A stretch of 64,000 nucleotides of DNA, from the NCBI GenBank assembly GCA_002269645.1, contig NIVC01000886.1:286358-350357 (forward strand). The letters are read 5' to 3'. The DNA is from Macrostomum lignano. Its lineage: Eukaryota. A program made the translations under genes and the position numbers. Shown here one piece after another: positions 59,348 to 64,000 of the stretch (its first letter is position 1; each line of letters starts with the position of its first letter). Below the pieces are notes generated by a model. That model was given only the letters and a program-made list of their open reading frames with translations, searched no databases and was not told the origin of the DNA.

Positions 59348-60814
59348 TCAATCCAGCCGCCAGTCAACTGCAGGTCCCGCAGTCAGGGCGGCGTTGGCCT
59401 TTGAAAAATGCCGACAGCCGTTGAAGGCGCCGCAGGCGGCAGGCGACGGGTGCGCGGCGGTGAGGATCACGTGACTGGGCCCGCAGCTCAGCAGGGGGGC
59501 CTTGGCCTGGGCCGGTTTGCCCCACAGCAGGAACACCAGGGGCTGCCTGGCGTTGGCGCACAGCAGCCTCAGCACCTCGTCGGTGAAGGCGGCCCAGCCC
59601 AGCTTGGCGTGGGAGCCGGGCTTGCCGGCGCTGCAGTGCACCGGGGGGGGGGGCTCAGCTCAGATGCGGCCACAGCAACTGAAAACTGCAATGGCACCAG
59701 CAGCAGCAGCGCTCACCCCACAGTCAGCGCCGTGTTCAGCAGCAGTACGCCCTGCCGCGCCCATTTCTCCAAGCAGCCCGACTTCGGCGCCACGAAGCCT
59801 GGAATGTCGGCGGCGAGCTCCTTGAAGAGGTTCTTCAGCGTTGGCGGCAGCGCCTCGTTGCCCGAGAAAGAGAAGGCGAGTCCGTCTGCCTGGGGAAGAC
59901 AAGAGGGTTGGAGCATTGTAGGGGTGATGCAGAACAGCCAAGCTGTGGCAATTAAGGTGAAGGAAAGAGGGATCAAAGGATTTGGGAGGCGGCTGGCGGC
60001 AAACATCAAAGAATATCGGTGGTGGCAAACATCAGAGATTTTGGGTGGCGGCAAACATAGATTTTGGGTGACGGCAAACATCAAAGAATTCGGATGGCGG
60101 CAAACATCAAAAAGTTTGGGAAACGACAAACATCAAAGAATTTGGTTGGCGGCAAACATCAAAGAATTTGGATGGACGGCAAACATCAAATAATTTGGAT
60201 GGGCGGCAGACATCAAAGAATTTGGGTGGGCGGCAGACATCAAAGAATTTGGGAAGCGGCAAACATCAAAGAATTTAGGAAGCGGCAAACATCAAATACT
60301 TGCAATTTGGGCAGCGGTAAACATCAAAGGACCCAAGTCCCAAGGAACATGAAAATGATAAGCCAGTCACCGCAGCGCCCCTACCTGCCCAGGCCCGTGA
60401 TAAGGGTCCTGGCCAAGGATGACCACCCGAACGGAGTCCAGAGGTGTCAGATTGAAGGCCCGCAGCACGCAGCTGACCGGCGGATAAATGACCTCCCCAC
60501 AGCCTGCGAGCTGCCAGCTTGTCAATCAAAGCCCGCCAGCTGTCTGTCTGGAACAGCGGCTGCAGCAGCCGCCGCCAGCCCGGATCTGTCAGGGTGCCGG
60601 GCAAGTCGGCGAAAGGATTCATCGCGGAAGCAGCTGTGCCGAAATTTTTTGTTTTTGCAGATTTCTCTGCTTTTTTAGATTTCTCTGCGTTTGCAGACTT
60701 ATCTGCTTTTGCAGATTTCTGTGCTTTTGCCACCTTGGCGTCTGGGGCAGTTTTGGCTGATTCTGCTAAAGCCTTTCTTTTATTTGTGTTTCTTCGAGTT
60801 GTCTTTGGTGGCAT
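59348..60814 (-). CDS. UNG: Uracil-DNA glycosylase (family 1); exons 60814-60385, 59889-59717, 59630-59348; one +1 frameshift near 60500
   Basis: Motifs [21 protein letters not shown]|[43 protein letters not shown]; GT-AG junctions phase-compatible. Exon 1 is 430 nt (3n+1), so it is either a pseudogene or carries a sequence error. Confidence 0.88.
59992..60330. repeat. 26/27-bp minisatellite (GGCGGCAAACATCAAAGAATTTGG...) in UNG intron 1
   Basis: CAAACATC/CAGACATC at 60127, 60153, 60180, 60207, 60234, 60260. Confidence 0.92.
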
Positions 60815-61064
60815 GTCTGCTGCTTTTGCTGTGAGCTAGCGTTATCTAATCTGCATAAATAAATGCAGTTAGTAAATTAAAAAAGGCAGAAATGCGAAGA
60901 ACTAACGATCTTTACGTAATCTTGTGCTCCTATCTGGCAAACGAGCTGGCTGCTGACTTCTCAAGTGAGTTATTTTTAGTCTCTACATGTGCAAACGAAC
61001 TTTTAAGCTCTTTCACCATTTACTAAAAATATGTGTTAGACGTGAGTTGACTTTCTACGTAAGA

Positions 61065-61515
61065 TTATTGACTCATCAACACACACTGAGCGAGATTATT
61101 CAGTCATAAACACACACTGGGGGTGAGATTATCGACTCATCAATACACACTGGGGTAAGATTATCCAGACATCAATACACACTGGGGTGAGATTATCCAG
61201 TCATCAATACACACTGTGGTGAGATTATCCAGTTCTCAACACACACTGGGGTGAGATTATCCAGTTCTCAACACACACTGGGTGAGATTATCCAGTTCTC
61301 AACACACACAGTGGTGAGATTATCCAGTCATCAATACACACTGGGGTGAGATTATCCAATCATCAACACACACTGGGGTGAGATTATCCAGTCATCAACA
61401 AACACATGGGTGAGATTATCCAGTCATCAACACACACTGGGGTGAGATTATACAGTCATCAACACACACTGGGGGAGATTATCCAGTCATCAACACACAC
61501 TGGGGTGAGATTATC
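61065..61515. repeat. 31/32-bp minisatellite (CACACTGGGGTGAGATTATCCAGTCATCAACA), ~14 copies
   Basis: Period 32 at 61141, 61173, 61205, 61237. Confidence 0.94.
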
Positions 61516-63194
61516 ATAACGGCAGCTTAAGAGCCCCGCAAAGAGCACACAGAAGTAAATGAAAATCCTTTCGGATTCATTACAATCTTGTATCGAGTCA
61601 GATTTGCTAAGTTGACTAATCAAATTAAATAAAGCAACCGAAAAGCTACTCAAATCAGGTTTATAGATGAGCACACGAGCTCAAATCGATGTTATATTTT
61701 ATTTATTTTGGTGAGCCTTGAGAGCGGTACACGGCAATCGCTAAAGTACAAAATGACATCGAATTGGAGATGAATCTGGTTAAGCTGGATAATCTATGCA
61801 TAATTAATATGACGATATTAGCACTCTTGCACTTTAAAATTGTTCGCCTCGGTTCATTGGGGTCAAATAAGGTCAGACAGGGTGATAAAAGACAGGGCAG
61901 AAGGTAAAAACCATATATTAAAGTATTAGTTACAATTATTTTTTCATTTTTAGTCGAATAAAAAGCAAATATTTGGGAGAATAAAAACTTCATTAATATT
62001 TTCGGTTGCAATAATATCGTAGACGGCATTCAGTATGGCATTAAAGTTACTGCAGGACTCAGAATTACTGCATGCAGGCAGGCGGACAAAACTCTGGTAG
62101 ACGCAATGAGGTTGCGAGGTGTTCCGACAGACAAATCTGAACAGCAATGACCATCTGTGACTACTCAAAATACAAAAGTAGTAGAGCTTGAAAAAGAACT
62201 GACAAAAATAACGACTATGTGATGCAAAAAAAAGACAATGCATTTTTTATAGAAACTGATAATATTGATAATGATAATTAATACACTGATGTTAGAACTG
62301 CACTACTGTTTTCAACAGATTTAGTAGTAGTAATACTAGAATTTTATGTTTGACAATGCAAAAGTGCAATAAGTATAATACAAATGATATTTAATGATGT
62401 ACTTTAACGACTTGCGTGCACTTTTATGACGTCTGATGTACTTTACGTTGTCAGATGCACTTTTTTGTTAGAAGCGTGAAAAGAAATATCTATCTGACCA
62501 AACATGGCAATTGTAATTACAAGTAAAATCATATTATTAGGTAAACAAAAAGTACTGTGAATACTAGGATGGGACAAGTTCAGGCAATAGTTGATGGAAA
62601 AAATAAAATTTCAATTTTCCTTGCAGATCTCTAAAGAGAATTGAAGCAAATTGCAAAATTTTTTGTGTAAAACATTTATAAAAAGCCAACGATCTTTTAC
62701 AGTCGACATTTAATCTTGCGCACTACTTGCAGTAGCTGAACAAGCACATGCACTTTTATGTACATAAAAATGCGATTAGAATATTGGGGATAAGTATAGG
62801 GCCAAGCAATTGAAGGGGCAAGTTTTAATATAACTGATTTAACGATCACATGTTCTGTGTGTGACAGATGGCGCACAATAAATCACATGCTTCGATCTGA
62901 TTTAATCACATTGGATTGAGTTGCGTAATTGAAAGCAATGCAAAAATAAGGGTTCGGTTTAGGGACAGTTTAAGCACAGCAAAAATATTTTATGTTAGCA
63001 ACCAGCAACTAAAATCATGCGAGAAACTTTTTTAAGCTGGGTCTCTACGCCTTCGGTAAAGCTATTTTAAACAGAAAATACTGCTAACTACTCATAGTAA
63101 TGCTAGCAAACATTGCTGAAACACTTGACAATATAACAGTTGTAAACACTTGAACTACCCCATATTTAGTAGGATCGGATGGGTGTGTGACAGG

Positions 63195-63390
63195 ATGGGG
63201 CGAATTCTGATTGGTCAAGAGCCAGTGTACATTATGGGGTGGTGGGTGCATGGGCGAATTCTGATTGGTCAGGAGCCAAGTGTACATAGTAGAGCGGTGG
63301 GTGCATGTTCGAGTTCTGATTGGTCAGGAGCCAGTGTACATTTTGGGGTGGTGGGTACATAAGCGAATTATGATTGGTCAGGAGCTAGAG
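63195..63390. repeat. 54-bp repeat, 4 copies, each containing TGATTGGTCA (CCAAT box on the minus strand)
   Basis: Motif at ~63207, 63261, 63316, 63370. Confidence 0.85.
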
Positions 63391-63476
63391 AACCGAACAA
63401 ACACGACAGACAGTGAAAATTCAGCTTTAAGTTCTTGCCACTACAGGCAAACAGTCTGCAGCAAAAGCAGTTCTCA

Positions 63477-63824
<348 letters not shown>

Positions 63825-64000
63825 TCATACGAGCATCTATAAACAATGACTCATAAGTAACAGCTTTTATGAGCATGACTAAGAATCAACTACGCGAACA
63901 ATGGACAAGTCCTTTAAACTATGACTCATTCCTATGAACCATGACTCATAACTCCTCATAAAAATGACTCATAACTCCTCATGAACCATGACTTATTTCT

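Noticed and set aside
5942-63390. Minisatellite periods clustering at helical-turn multiples
   Set aside because: Measured periods (15, 17, 20-24, 26-27, 31-32, 52, 54) are too spread out to support it.

Overview
Repeat-rich invertebrate animal DNA; the composition and the minisatellite-filled introns are reminiscent of a flatworm such as Macrostomum, which is inference only. Host genes: a two-exon HDGF-related/LEDGF-family gene (PWWP + IBD, 5358-8608 +); a four-exon TMEM26 gene (16311-20523 +) whose last exon is duplicated at 38939-39359 in a ~3.5 kb segmental duplication; a degenerate ankyrin-repeat gene (~50358-51420 +); a three-exon uracil-DNA glycosylase gene (60814-59348 -) and the last exon of PHTF (63755-63494 -), each with one +1 frameshift. 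Between the duplicated blocks lies a nested transposon stack. A decayed CsRn1-like Ty3/gypsy element (-) is interrupted by a Penelope-like fragment (12-bp TSD, GIY-YIG endonuclease, minimal hammerhead ribozyme motif) and by a very young 9.2-kb Ty3/gypsy element (25222-34429, near-identical 880-bp LTRs, CTTG TSD). The young element has a -1 frameshift site, an in-frame stop in protease, a second PBS-like motif inside both LTRs, and a non-env third ORF of unknown function, which is the best candidate for something undescribed. Also present: a Ginger-type DNA transposon lacking its DDE core, an RT-less Mag-like element with an intact integrase, two tRNA-derived SINEs, and more than 15 micro/minisatellite arrays. 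All alignments and counts were made by eye; no database searches were run.
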